The position numbers and the translations under genes are program-made. Positions 35,602-48,588 of a stretch of 64,000 bases of DNA are shown here, one piece after another. The notes under the pieces were generated by a model. It did not search any database, was not told the origin of the DNA, and was given only the letters and a program-made list of their open reading frames with translations. How positions within the stretch are numbered: the first letter of the stretch is position 1; each line of letters begins with the position of its first letter. The DNA is from Octopus sinensis. Taxonomy: Eukaryota. The DNA lies in contig NC_042998.1 of NCBI RefSeq assembly GCF_006345805.1, forward strand, positions 155,372,001-155,436,000, written 5' to 3'.

Positions 35602-38470
35602 GGAGACCTGTTGAGTCAAGTGCATATACATATACATGAACATCGATACGTGAACATCGAATCAAATATCAATGGAAACAGTTGTTGATTCCTGTGCCGG
35701 GGACACATAAAAAGCACCATCCGAACGTGGCCGTTGCCAGTGCAGCCTCCCCTGGCTCCTGTGCCGGTGGCACATAAAAAGCACCATCCGACCGTGGCCG
35801 ATGGCAACCCCGCCTCGAATGGCTTCTGTGCCGGTGGCACATGAACATCGAACCAAATATCAATGGAAACAGTAGTTGTGATACCTGTGCCGGTGACACA
35901 TAAAAAGCACCATCCGAACGTGGCCGTTGCCAGTGCAGCCTCCACTGGCTTCTGTGCCGGTGGCACATAAAGAGCACCAACCGATCGTGGGATCCCGGAA
36001 CATCTCGCTGTGCTTGAGGAGACCTGTTGAGTCAAGTGCATGTACATGTACATGAGAATCAAACCAAATATCAATGGAAACAGTTATAGTTGTGATACCT
36101 GTGCCGGTGACACACCGCCTCGAATGGCTTCTGTGCCGGTGGCACACACCAACCAATCGTGGGATCCCGGAACATCTCGCTGTGCTTGAGGAGACCTGGT
36201 GAGTCAAGTGCATGTACCGGAACATCTCGCTGTGCTTGAGGAGACCTGTTGAGTCAAGTGCATGTACATGAGAATCGAACCAAATATCAATGGAAACAGT
36301 AGTAGTTGTGATACCTGTGCCGGTGACACATAAAAAGCACCATCCGAACGTGGCCATTGCCAGTGCAGCCTCCACTGGCTTCTGTGCCGGTGGCACATAA
36401 AAAGCTCCATCCGAACGTGACCGATGCCAACCCCGCCAGCACCATCCGAATGTGGCCGTTGCCAGTGCAGCCTCCACTGGCTTCTGTGCCGGTGGCACAT
36501 AAAAAGCACCAACCGATCGTGGGATCCCGGAACATCTCGCTGTGCTTGAGGAGACCTGTTGAGTCATGTACATGTACATGAGAATCGAACCAAATATCAA
36601 TGGAAACAGTTGTAGTTGTGATACCTGTGCCGGTGACACACCGCCTCGAATGGCTTCTGTGCCGGTGGCACACACCAACCGATCGTGGGATCCCGGAACA
36701 TCTCGCTGTGTTTGAGGAGACCTGGTGAGTCAAGTGCATGTACCGGAACATCTCGCTGTGCTTGAGGAGACCTGTTGAGTCAAGTGCATGTCCATGTACA
36801 TGTACATGAGAATCGTACCAAATATCAATGGAAACAGTTGTAGTTGTGATACCTGTGCCGGTGACACACCGCCTCGAATGGCTTCTGTGCCGGTGGCACA
36901 CACCAACCGATCGTGGGATCCCGGAACATCTCACTGTGCTTGAGGAGACCTGGTGAGTCAAGTGCATGTACCGGAACATCTCGCTGTGCTTGAGGAGACC
37001 TGTTGAGTCAAGTGCATGTACATGAGAATCGAACCAAATATCAATGGAAACAGTAGTAGTTGTGATACCTGTGCCAGTGACACATAAAAAGCACCATCCG
37101 AACGTGGCCATTGCTAGTGCAGCCTCCACTGGCTTCTGTGCCGGTGGCACATAAAAAGCTCCATCCGAACGTGGCCGTTGCCAGTGCAGCCTCCACTGGA
37201 TTCTGTGCCGGTGGCACATAAAAAGCTCCATCCGAACGTGACCGTTGCCAACCCCGCCAGCACCATCCGAACGTGGCCGTTGCCAGTGCAGCCTCCACTG
37301 GCTTCTGTGCCGGTGGCACATAAAAAGCACCATCCGAACGTGACCGATGCCAACCCTGCCCCGAATGGCTTCTGTGCCGGTGGCACATAAAAAGCACCAT
37401 CCGAACGTGGCCGTTGCCAGTGCAGCCTCCACTGGCTTCTGTGCCGGTGGCACATAAAGAGCACCAACCGATCGTGGGATCCCGGAACATCTCGCTGTGC
37501 TTGAGGAGACCTGTTGAGTCAAGTACATGTACATGAGAATCAAACCAAATATCAATGGAAACAGTTGTAGTTGTGATACCTGTGCCGGTGACACACCGCC
37601 TCGAATGGCTTCTGTGCGGGTGGCACACACCAACCAATCGTGGGATCCCGGAACATCTCGCTGTGCTTGAGGAGACCTGGTGAGTCAAGTGCATGTACCG
37701 GAACATCTCGCTGTGCTTGAGGAGACCTGTTGAGTCAAGTGCATGTCCATGTACATGTACATGAGAATCGTACCAAATATCAATGGAAACAGTTGTAGTT
37801 GTGATACCTGTGCCGGTGACACACCGCCTCGAATGGCTTCTGTGCCGGTGGCACACACCAACCGATCGTGGGATCCCGGAACATCTCGCTGTGCTTGAGG
37901 AGACCTGGTGAGTCAAGTGCATGTACCGGAACATCTCGCTGTGCTTGAGGAGACCTGTTGAGTCAAGTGCATGTACATGAGAATCGAACCAAATATCAAT
38001 GGAAACAGTAGTAGTTGTGATACCTGTGCCAGTGACACATAAAAAGCACCATCCGAACGTGGCCATTGCTAGTGCAGCCTCCACTGGCTTCTGTGCCGGT
38101 GGCACATAAAAAGCTCCATCCGAACGTGGCCGTTGCCAGTGCAGCCTCCACTGGATTCTGTGCCGGTGGCACATAAAAAGCTCCATCCGAACGTGACCGT
38201 TGCCAACCCCGCCAGCACCATCCGAACGTGGCCGTTGCCAGTGCAGCCTCCACTGGCTTCTGTGCCGGTGGCACATAAAAAGCACCATCCGAACGTGACC
38301 GATGCCAACCCTGCCCCGAATGGCTTCTGTGCCGGTGGCACATAAAAAGCACCATCCGAACGTGGCCGATGCCAGCACCGCCTTGACTGGCTTCTGTGCC
38401 GGCAGCACATAAAAAAGCACCAACCGATCGTGGCCGATGCCAGACCCCTCTGGCACCTGTGCAGGTGGCA
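35602..38470 (+). repeat. Modular tandem array in the LINE 3' UTR (copy 2, ~2.9 kb) with a 955-bp higher-order duplication
   Basis: Same modules as 14121-15420. GAATCGAACC...GTGCCAGTGAC occurs at 37026 and 37981 (offset 955). Confidence 0.95.
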
Positions 38471-39296
38471 CGTAAAAAGCACCCACTACACTCGCGGAGT
38501 GGTTGGCGTTAGGAAGGGCATCCAGCTGTAGAAACACTGCCAGACCAGACTGGAGCCTGGGGCAGCCCCTGGCTCCCCATACCCCGGTCGAACCGTCCAA
38601 CCCGTGCTAGCGCGGAAAACGGACGTTAAACGATGATGATGATGATGATGATGTACCGCTAATTCCTGTCTAAGGTTAATCAAGTTACTCTCTGGCAGAG
38701 TTCACATTTCCTTTGTCCTATTCCATACAGTTTTGCTCAACTTAGGATCAACAATTTTAACTCATATTTTTTTTTGTCCCTAAGTTGCCATATTAGCTTG
38801 CTAAGTCATGTAATGTTTTCATTAATTTTGTGTTTGAATGAGAAGAGATGTGGTTGTGTAATAGTGAAGCTTAAACATAGTTGCACAACATCCTATATAA
38901 TGGTAAGTTTTATTATGGGTTACTACTGCATTAGACTATGTTCTTTTCCAGACATGTTTTATTTAAAGAACATTTTCTTTCTCCTCTACAGTTACAACTG
39001 GCCCTATCTTTCCAATTATTACCACTGTACTGATTTTATCCCTATTATCATTACCATTATTATTATCATTACTACTAACAAACCCATGTTGTCAAAAATG
39101 CCAACAGTTTTATTAATGATAGAAAATGGCACATCAACACAGTAGGGAAAATCATTAATAAAGGTCAGCAATCTAGTTAGTAAATATATGTAGATACACA
39201 GAACTGAAGCACTTGAAGAATCAGATATGTTTATGTTGCAGTTGAAAATATTACCCACATAATGCAAGTGTGTGTGTGCGTGTGTGTGTGTGTAGT

Positions 39297-39786
39297 GAGG
39301 GATTATCAATCCGGGCAAACTACTTCATAAGCACTCTGTTGGCACACCAGACTAACAATATTACTTAGATTAGTGAAGAACTCCAAATAATCTTTTGGTA
39401 GGGTCCCAAGTTATGGTTCATCACAATTCTATATTATAAATCCGTGGACGGGCTCCAGATAAACTAGTTTTTACTCAGAATGATCTATAAGAAACAAGTT
39501 TAAAATAATGGTCATTAAATATAATTCCTTTGAGCAAATTTGGCTTACAGCTGTTTCCAGTAGTCATTATAGGTACATTACTGATAGGTTTACTCAATTA
39601 GTCTATTGATCAACTAATGCAAATTGAATGGCCTAAGATAATTAATGCTACTTTCAGGGACATTTCTGGATATAACAAACAGAGCACTTGAGAAATGGCT
39701 ATTGTGTGGGGAAGGTGAGGAAAGATTGGGATGTTTGAGTAGAACAGAGAACACTGAAAGACAAGTTACAAAGGGGTGGGAGCAAG
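39297..39786 (-). mobile_element. PLE-type terminal segment (continues at 41016-41115) with a damaged long-stem-II hammerhead (39542-39662)
   Basis: Minus strand CUGA---AAGUAG...CUACUG GAAACAGCUGUA AGCC; the core has lost 3 nt. Confidence 0.7.
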
Positions 39787-41015
39787 TAAGTCTTTTTCAT
39801 TCGCAAAATGAGCCTCCACCCTTAATTTTGCTCAGATTGTTTTCAGTTTTGGTGTATCAAAGCAACTTTGAATTTTGATTATGATCAACCAATTACTTTA
39901 TCTTGTAAATTAAAGAATCTGATGTTATTTGGAACTAAAGTTGAGAAATTTGGGTAATTTTAGCCAATCAACAGACAGCGTGGCATTAGCAGCTTGTTAC
40001 CATGATAACCACATGCTGTGTTGTGGTTCACTGTTGTCTGTGCCGCTGTTATCTGTTGATTTTTCACACTATGAGATTCTTTTCACCTACGTGTTATATT
40101 TTAATTTTTCTGTGTGTTGGTATATTACATATTTTTTGTGCTTCTGTGTGTTAGTACTTTTACATAGTTTTTTATTTCATATATTTTTGGAACTCATTAA
40201 CTCAGCTGGATTTATGATTTCACTAAGTTAATTCTATTCATAAAAATTTAAATTAGGTGTATTTCTTAAACCATTAGCTTCACATTTCAAAAGGTTAACT
40301 GAAATTTAGCCCATGTACAGCAACTGAAAGGGATATCATGTGGAACAGAGAAACTGTGGGTGATACAGATAATTTGACATTATTTTTGAATTCTGCATGT
40401 AAATAATTTGAGATAAAGATATTCTTTTCCTTGGTAAAAATTCTTTGTTGACCAGTGTTATTCTTATTGTAGTTTACAAATCCAAGCATGAAAACGTTAC
40501 TCAACTTAGGAATTTTAGAGACAGATGCCCCCTTTTCACACACACACACACACACATTAATGATGTACACAAATACATGACAGGTATGCATAATACTGAA
40601 ATACGCATGAAGCAAACACATACAGACAAATATATTAATATAATAAAAAAAATACAAACTATGAAGAGACAAAAGAAATAGTAAGATGATACATGTTGAT
40701 TTTATTAGGTATTTCTGTTTATTTAAAATCCTACAATGAACAGGTCAGACGCTAAACTATAAATTTCATAGGGTACAACCTTAAAATTGACACTGCTCTG
40801 CTAGATGCAGAAAATTTCTCTCTCACTAATGGCTAAAAATACACAGTTTTTTTAATTTTTAAACCTCTGTAACATTTTTCTCCAATTTTTTTCTCTACAA
40901 CATCATATCTTCAAAGCAATGAGACTTGAAGGCTACATTATTATAGCCAATTTTCAGATTTTTTACTTCCTTTTAAAAAATGCATGTTTTGCGAATGAAA
41001 AAAACTAGATCTCAA
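39787..41015. mobile_element. Non-autonomous TIR element (~1.2 kb), superfamily unassigned
   Basis: Inverted termini TTTTTCATTCGCAAAATG / CATGTTTTGCGAATGAAAAA. The host repeat resumes after it (GGGAGCAAGTA | AGGGAGTTGTATG). Confidence 0.6.
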
Positions 41016-41358
41016 TTAAGGGAGTTGTATGAGAGTCAGTAGTAGTAGTAATATTGTATTGTATTGCCAAATTTGGAAGAGGGACAGTCTCAAACATGAG
41101 TCAGCACTTATTATCAGGAAATAAATATTGCTAGATACATCTCTAAATCTAGCAATATTTATATCCTGATAAGAGCTTTCTTGACCTCTATAATATGAAT
41201 AAAAACAGTATCCTTTCACTCTCTAACATTATTCCCCCACTATGCTAGATTAAAAACTGAAAATTACTCTTAGACTGACCCATGTCAATGAAAAGCCCAT
41301 ATCAAATTTCAGTCTCAATAACTGGAGAATATCTAACCTATGTACAATGCTAATATGG

Positions 41359-42589
41359 TATCTGATTGTTCCAAAAATAATGGCTGCTGTAAGTGTTGTT
41401 TTTGAAACACAATTTTATCATAGTAGTTTAATTATATTTTAGGTGAATTTCGACATACTTGATGTATGCTCTTTAATAATTTTCTACTTATTTCAGGCAT
41501 AAGCGCCCTTAATTACGAACATGACAAAAAGGACTTTTGCTTACTTTTCTTGCATGAGTTCAAGCTTGGGCACAATGCCTCCCAAACTGCTGCCAATATC
41601 AACAGAACATGGGGATCACACAGTATGAAGTGATCACACAGTACAAAGGTGGTTTCAGAAATTCTGTAGTGGTGATGAGAGCCTTGAAGATGAAGAAGGT
41701 AGAGGAAGGTCATGCACTCATGACAATGAACAATTGAAAGCAATTCTTGAATAAAACCCATGTCAAAGTGTCAGAGAAATGTCTCAGGCACTTGGTTTTG
41801 AGATTGCAACTGTCTCAGGCAATCTACAGAAGATTGGTAAGGTGAAAAAGCTCGATATATGGGTACCGCATGAGCTCAATGAAAATCAAAAAGTTTGGCG
41901 TTTTGATGTATGCTTGATGCTCTTTCTGCAAAACACCAATGATCCTTTTCTTGACTGAATAGTCACTTGTGATGAAAAGTGGATCCTTTATGATAACCAT
42001 AAACGATCAGGTCAATGGCCTGATCATGAGTCCCCCAAACATTTCCTAAAGCCAAAGTTGCATCAGCAAAAGATTATGGCAACTGTCTGGTAGTCTGCAA
42101 TTGTTGTTGTCCACTATAGCTTTCTGGAAGCCAACCAGAGCATTGCAGCAGAGGTTTACTGCAATCAACTCGCTGAAATGTATGCTCACTTGCAAAAAAT
42201 GAGACCTGCATTGGTGAATTGGCATAGCCCAATTCTGCTTCACGGTAATGCAAGGCCACATATTGCAAGAATGATGCTGCAGAAATTCACAGACTTGGGA
42301 TATAAGACTTTACCACATCCACTGACTACCATTTTTTAAAGCATTTAAACAGGTTTTTAAGTGATAAAACTTTCAGGTCCAAACCAGAAGTGGAATCCGC
42401 TTTCAAAGATTTCTTAGCATCAAAGCCAACAAGGTTTTATCAATGAGGCATAAATAATCTTGATCGATGGCAGAGATGCATAGATGTTCACGGCTCATAC
42501 TTTGACTAATCAAAATATTTCTATTGTTAATTTTTGCAGAATAAAATTATGTTTCTGAAATCGGCCATTATTTTCGGAACCGAATAATA
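41359..42589 (+). mobile_element. Mariner element (Mos1/SETMAR-like transposase), decayed
   Basis: HEFKLGHNA, WVPHELNE, IVTCDEKWILYDN, LLHGNARPH motifs. Imperfect TIRs TTCC(A/G)AAAATAATGGC. Confidence 0.92.
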
Positions 42590-42962
42590 GGTGCTGACCC
42601 ATGTTTGAGACTGTCCTTCTTCCAAATTTGTCAATACAATACCCTACTACTACTAAGTGACTCCCGTACCACTCCTTTACTTGCTCCCACCCCTTTGTAA
42701 CTTGTCTTCCTCCGTTTTCTATTCTACTTGAAGATCTCAATCTTCCCCCACCTTACCTACACAATAGCTATTCCTCCAGAGTAGCTCTGAAGAAAGTAGC
42801 ATTAATTTTTTTTAGGTTGTTCAATTTGACTCAGTTGATCAATAGACCAGTTGAGTAAACCTAACAGTAATGAATATATAACTACTGGGCACAGCTGTAA
42901 GCCAAATTTGCTCAAATAAGGGAATTATATGTAATGATCATTATTTTTAACTTGTTTCTTAT
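42590..42962 (+). mobile_element. PLE-type terminal segment with a long-stem-II hammerhead-like motif (42784-42902)
   Basis: GCT CTGAAGA AAGTAG...CTACTG GGCAC AGCT GTA AGC; GAAA is mutated to GGCA. Confidence 0.7.
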
Positions 42963-43192
42963 GTGTGTGTGTGTGTGTGTGTGAGTAGACAAACAAAAGA
43001 GCACTCAACACATTCATTGGGAGTTACATGTCTAGATCAAAACATTTTGATTCAGACTCCTTTGTACTCTGAGTTTCAAGCATGTAGCTAGTCTTTGGGC
43101 ATTGAGGTCTGAATTCAGACACCAATGGCCAAAGACTAGCAACACACTTGAAACTCAGAGTACCAAGGAGTCTGAATCAAACTGTTTTGATC

Positions 43193-43223
<31 letters not shown>

Positions 43224-43589
43224 ATATATATATCTGCCACTACAATGTATATATACATAAGCACTTATGTATACATATACATTTATTTTATAGACATATC
43301 TCTCCCCTTCTGTGTGTGTGTGTGGATATATATATATACACACACTCATACATATGCATACATATTTACATACACCTATGCATGTGTGTGTGAGTGTATA
43401 AATGTGTGTGCACATGTAAGTTTGTTTACGTTTTTTAGATTGGTGAAATCAGTAAAATGCGTTATCCTTTACTTGAAAAAGGAGATGAAGGTTTGTATCA
43501 GAAAGGTTATACAAGGAAAAAGGACTAAAACAAAAGTGTGTATATATATATATATATATATCTAAATATATAGATAGATAGATATATAT

Positions 43590-44170
43590 ACATATCGCTT
43601 ATTCTTTTACTTGTTTCAGTCATTTGACTGAGACCATACTGGCGCACCATCTTAAAGGTTTTCTTAGTCGAAGAAATCAACCACAAGACTTATTCTACCA
43701 ATCTCTTATGCTGAACTGCTAAGTTACAGGGGCCTAAATACACCAACATTGGTTGTCAAGCACTGGTGGTGGTGGGGCAAACACAGACACAAAGACACAC
43801 ATAGATATGGGGTTAACCACAGTAAATAAGGTACTCAATACATAGCAGAGTAAAATTAATTTATTATATAGAAGGAGCTTCTACAGGACTAGAACTGTTT
43901 CATTCAAGAGAAATCATCAGGAAGCTCCTGATGATTTCTCTTGAATGAAACAGTTCTAGTCCTGTAGAAGCTCCTTCTATATAATAAATATATATATATA
44001 TGTATAGAATGGCCTTCTTTGAGTTTCCGTCTACCAAATCCATTCTCAAGGCTTTGGTTAGCCTGAGGTTATAGCAGAAGACACTTGCCCAAGGTGCTGT
44101 GTAGTGGGACTAAATCTGGAATTATGTGGTTGGGAAGCAACTTTCTTACCATGCAGCCACACATGCACCT
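43590..44170 (-). mobile_element. tRNA-derived SINE (family of 9084-9477) interrupted by the hairpin insert
   Basis: The rc aligns to the 9084 SINE on both sides of 43805-43990. Confidence 0.8.
43859..43989. repeat. Perfect palindrome: 64-bp arms, 3-nt loop
   Basis: 43859-43922 is the exact reverse complement of 43926-43989; loop AGC. Confidence 0.95.
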
Positions 44171-44524
44171 ATATATATATATTATCGTTCACATAACATT
44201 TATATGTACATTATGTAAATGATAATATTTTGAAAACAAAAGTGTTTAATATTTAATTTCATATATGTATATACTTGTGTGTGTATGTGTGTGAGTGTGT
44301 GTTTTTGTGTGTGTGCGTGCGTGTAAGGATGAGAGAGAGAGAGAAACTGATAAAGTAAATACAATTTATGATAAAAATTTGCAGCATCTTTGGAGCAAAG
44401 CCTTTAAACACTGTTGCCTGCTTTAGCATCTGTGACTGTCACCCACTCCATCTCTTGTTTTACTCTTCTTTCCCACTAGTGTGACTCACAGGACACATTG
44501 CATTTTATTATATGTATGATTATT

Positions 44525-45130
44525 ATTAAGGCATTGAGCTGGCAGAAGCAACATACCAGGTAAAATGTTTAATGGCATTTCAGTTATTTTTATATCCTGA
44601 GTTCAAATTTGCTGAGGTTGACTTTGCCTTTCATCCTTTTGGGGTTGATGAAATAAGTGCTGGGGTCAAGGTAATCAACTAGTCCCCTCCTCCCAAATGT
44701 CAGGCCTTGTTCCTATAGTAAAAAGGATTATTTTTATTGTTCAAAGTGGCAAGCTAGCAGAATCATTAGTCCATTGGACGAAATGCTTAGCAGTATTTAG
44801 CCTGTCACTACAATCTGAGTTCAAATTCCATCAAGGTCAACTATGCCTTTCATCCTTTCAGGATCAATAAATTAAGTATCAGTTACGTACTGGGGTTGAT
44901 GAAATCAACTATTCCACAAATTGCAGGCCTTGTGCCTATAGTAGAAAGGATTATTATTAATACCGTTAAGGTAGCAAGCTGGGCAAAATGCTTTGGTGCA
45001 TTTCATCTATCTCAACATTCTGAGTTCAAATTCCACTGAGGTCAAATTGACCTTTCATCCTCTAAGGGTCAATAAAATAAGTACGAATTGAACACTGGAG
45101 CTGATGTAATTGACTAGTTCCCTGTCCCGA
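44525..45130 (+). mobile_element. Three tandem CORE-like SINE copies
   Basis: Three ~200-bp units, each with GAGTTCAAATT...GACT.TGCCTTTCATCCT and separated by (TTA)n. Confidence 0.8.
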
Positions 45131-45424
45131 ACCTGCTGATCTTTTGCCAAAATCTGAAATCATCATTTATTATCATCATTGTTGTTGTTATTATCATTTC
45201 TATTTATATTGCCCTCTCCATTAGTTTTACCATTGATATTAATGTTTACTGCCTCAGCATTATTTTCCATGCTTGTATTTCCAGTATTACTCACACCATC
45301 TCCACCTCCATTCTCATCATGTTTACCCTCACCTTTCCCATTGCTAGCCCCAGTCAACTAGACTTACTACTACTACTACCACCACCACCATGCCTCATGT
45401 TCTCATCTCCATAAGTAATCTTCT

Positions 45425-47520
45425 AGTGTATTTATTCCTGTGATCATCATCATCATCATTTAACGTCCGTTTTCCATGCTAGCATGGGTTGGATGGTTCA
45501 ACTGGGGTCTGGGAAGCCAGAAGGCTGTGCCAGGCCCAGTCTGATCTGGCACTGTTTCTACAGCTGGATGCCCTTATCCTCAGCAGTCATGGCCCAAGTT
45601 TCACTGCCATGTAGCATGGCTGTTCGTACACATGCATCATACAGTCTGCCTTTTACTCTGAGTGAGAGGCCTTTTGTCACCAGCAGAGGTAAGAGCTCTC
45701 TGAACTTTGCCCAGGCTATTCTTACTCTAGCAGTTACACTTTCAGCACACCCGCCCCCGCTACTGACTTGGTCACCTAGGTAACGGAAGCTATTAATTAT
45801 TTCTAGTTTTTCTCCCTGGAATGTGGCAGAAGTTGGTCTCTGAGCATTTTCAGTGTTTATTGCTCCTGAGCATCTGCCACATACAAAAACTATCTTCCCT
45901 GTTAGCCTTCCTTTGACATTGCTGCACCTCTTATGTGTCCATAGCTTACACTTGGTGCATCTTATAGTTTCTACCTACGCCTTTTCTACAGATCGAGCAG
46001 GGCCATCTACCTGAAGGCGTTTGTGATTTGCCTGCCTTCGTGCATATTAGGACTTTGGTTGATTTTAAGGCCCTTCGATTCTAATCATTGTCTCCACACT
46101 TGAAACTTTGCCTCTAGTTCTGATAGTGACTCAGCAATTAGAGCAAGGTAATTAGCATATATGAGCTCCCAGGGGCATCCTGTCTTGAATTCCTCCGTTA
46201 TTGCCTGGAGGACTATGATAAATAGGAGGGGGCTGAGGACTGAACCTTTGTGGACCCCTACCTCTACCCTGAATTCTTTAGTGTACTCGTTGCCAACCCT
46301 CACCTTACTTACAGTGTCTCTGTACATGGCTTGCAGAGCTCTCACTAACCATTCATCTATCCCTAGTTTCCTCATTGACCACCAGATGAGGGATCGGGGG
46401 ACCCTGTTAAAGGCTTTCTCCATGTCAATGAAAGCCAGGTACAGGGGCTTATCTTTGGCTAGGTATTTCTCCTGCAGCTGTCTCACCAGAAATATGGTAT
46501 CAGTGGTGCTTTTCCCTGGCATGAAACTAAACTGTATCTCATCCAAGCTGCCTCTCTCCCTAATCAGTTGGGCTATGACCCTCTCCGTAACCTTCATTAC
46601 CTGATCCAACAGCTTGATCCCTCTGTAATTATTTGTATCTAAAGTGTCACCTTTACCTTTGTAGCAGTTGACTATTATGCTGCTACACCAGTCATTGGGT
46701 ATGACTCCTTCGTGTATCACCTGGTTAACTATATGGGTGACTAAGCTATAGCCGACACTACCAGATATTTTAAGCATCTCTGCAGTTATTCCTGATGGGC
46801 CTGGGGCTTTCCCTGTCTTCATGCTTCTAATTGCCTTAACTACTCAGGAACTGCCAACTCGGATAGCTGGTCCCTCTGTTGGGTCGACATTCGGCAGACT
46901 CTCTTTATCCCATTCATTTTCCTTATTTAGCAGCCTCTCATAATGGTGTCTCCAAACCTCTCTCTTTGCATCCTCATTCAGCGCAAGTGAGCCATCATTC
47001 ATGCGAACACATTTCTCTCCTACCACATCACGATTCTCTCTCACACATTATCTTGCAACACAGAATACCTCAAGTCTTTGGTCCTCACGGCGCAGAACAT
47101 TGGCCAATTTTTTCTTATCCGCTTCCCCTCTGGCTAAATAAACCTGTCTCTTAGCTTCATTTTTGGTAGTCTGATACAATTCCCTGCTACCACCATTTTT
47201 CCAGTCCTTCCAAGCCTGTCTCTTTTCTCTAATAGCCCTGTCTACAACATTGTTCCACCACCACGTTATTTTGGGTCAAGAGGGGACTTTGCACCAGCCA
47301 CAGATCTGGTCAGTGGCTCTCAGTGGGTTGTCCCTTAGAAACCTCCAGTTGTCTTCTACCCCATGTGAAGCTATATCTACTTCGTCAAAGGCTTCAAATA
47401 ATATGTCCCTGAGTCTCTGTCCATTTTCAGGATCTTTAAGCTTCCAGATCCTTCTCCTCCAAGCTGGTCGTCTTCTGGTCGTCCTCTTAGTCCTGATCCT
47501 AAAATCACTAACTACCAGAC
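45425..47520 (-). mobile_element. Older RTE LINE relic with internal deletions
   Basis: ORF 46085-46822 (MKTGKAPGPSGITAEMLK...FIDMEKAF...HKGSVLSPLLF), degenerate PHD region, and a (GAT)n tail near 45430-45460. Confidence 0.92.
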
Positions 47521-48516
47521 AATTATTATATTTATTACAGTGTGCTCTTGCTCTGCTTATTCCATTCAGAATGGAATAAACAGCGCATTTATTAGTCTTT
47601 TTTTCTTTTCTTATATCTTCTCTTATAATTTATGTTATTATAGTGGCTGTTGTTGGCTGTTCAAGTGTGTGTTATTAAATGGAAAAACATTTAGTATGAA
47701 TTACCATAAGACATTTTTGTGTATAAATATATTGTTTATTGTGTCCACATTTCGTGGTGGAAGCATGTAGTATGATACAAAAACGTGTGTTTACATACAA
47801 AGAAAGTTTTGATTTTTGCTTTTGCACTGAAAGAAGTAACATATAATATTTGTACTACAGCATATTACTATACCTAAGTTATGTGGCTCTGCTACATAGC
47901 CTCCTGCTAGACTTGAAAAAGTCAAAAAAAAAGGTAAAGAGATGGTGTATGTAAATATGCAGTACAGAAAACAGGTAAGAACATGGAATACAAGCAGAAG
48001 AATGCAATACAACAAAAATTGAGAAACTGAAATGAAAAAGCAAAGCATGGTAAGGGTAAACAGAATATGAACACAAAGAAATAATCAAAATGTTCAAGTC
48101 AATTAGGTAAAGTTCAAAGGAATACTGTGAAGAACAAAAATGCATCATTAGTGGTACATGTTGAAAAGTCTTTGGCTAGTTCATAAATAGTTCATTATAG
48201 TTCAGATGTATATAGTTTTAGACCAATGTACATGGCGCAACCACTATGAGTCATAGAAACGTACATAGATGGAGGAGGGGTTGGTGTGTGATGATGTTTG
48301 TGGTGGTTGCAGTGGAGTAGCATTTGTTTTGTGATGTACCGTGAATGTGGGGGTGTATGAGGGGGTATTGAATGTTGGGGTGTATTGAGGTGGTACTGTC
48401 TTTGTATGCCGCTTAAGCCTGTCTATTGCGACAACTTCCTTTTTACCATTAATGTCTATGGTATATAGTTTGTCTGTGTGCAACAGGATGCGATAGGGTC
48501 CTGTGTATGGAGAGGG

Positions 48517-48588
48517 CTGGAACGTTTTGGAACCATGTTCCTGGAACGTTTTGGAACCATGTTCCTGGAACGTTTTGGAACCATGTTC
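48517..48588. repeat. 24-bp unit x3 at the Gypsy deletion junction
   Basis: CTGGAACGTTTTGGAACCATGTTC three times, encoding (NMVPKRSR)n on the minus strand. Confidence 0.95.

Larger units (their letters stand above)
32416..38653 (+). mobile_element. Young RTE-clade LINE, copy 2 (ORF2 apparently full length)
   Basis: APE (GTVNVGTL, CIQE, SAYAP, GDFNGH, IDFIL), RT, PHD finger and C-terminus, followed by a ~2.9-kb 3' array and (GAT)n tail. The 5' boundary is uncertain. Confidence 0.95.

Noticed and set aside
35602-38470. CRISPR array
   Set aside because: The spacers are a few reused modules rather than unique sequences, there are no cas genes, and the context is a eukaryotic LINE 3' UTR.
35616-38683. 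Long minus-strand ORFs (272-519 aa), and similar ones at 13791-15488
   Set aside because: They are translations of the GC-rich stop-poor repeat array in several frames at once, with no domain or splice support.
47639-47896. Direct repeat with 50851-51063 first read as a PLE endonuclease C-terminus
   Set aside because: TG start, PBS, PPT and a 4-bp TSD show these are Gypsy LTRs.
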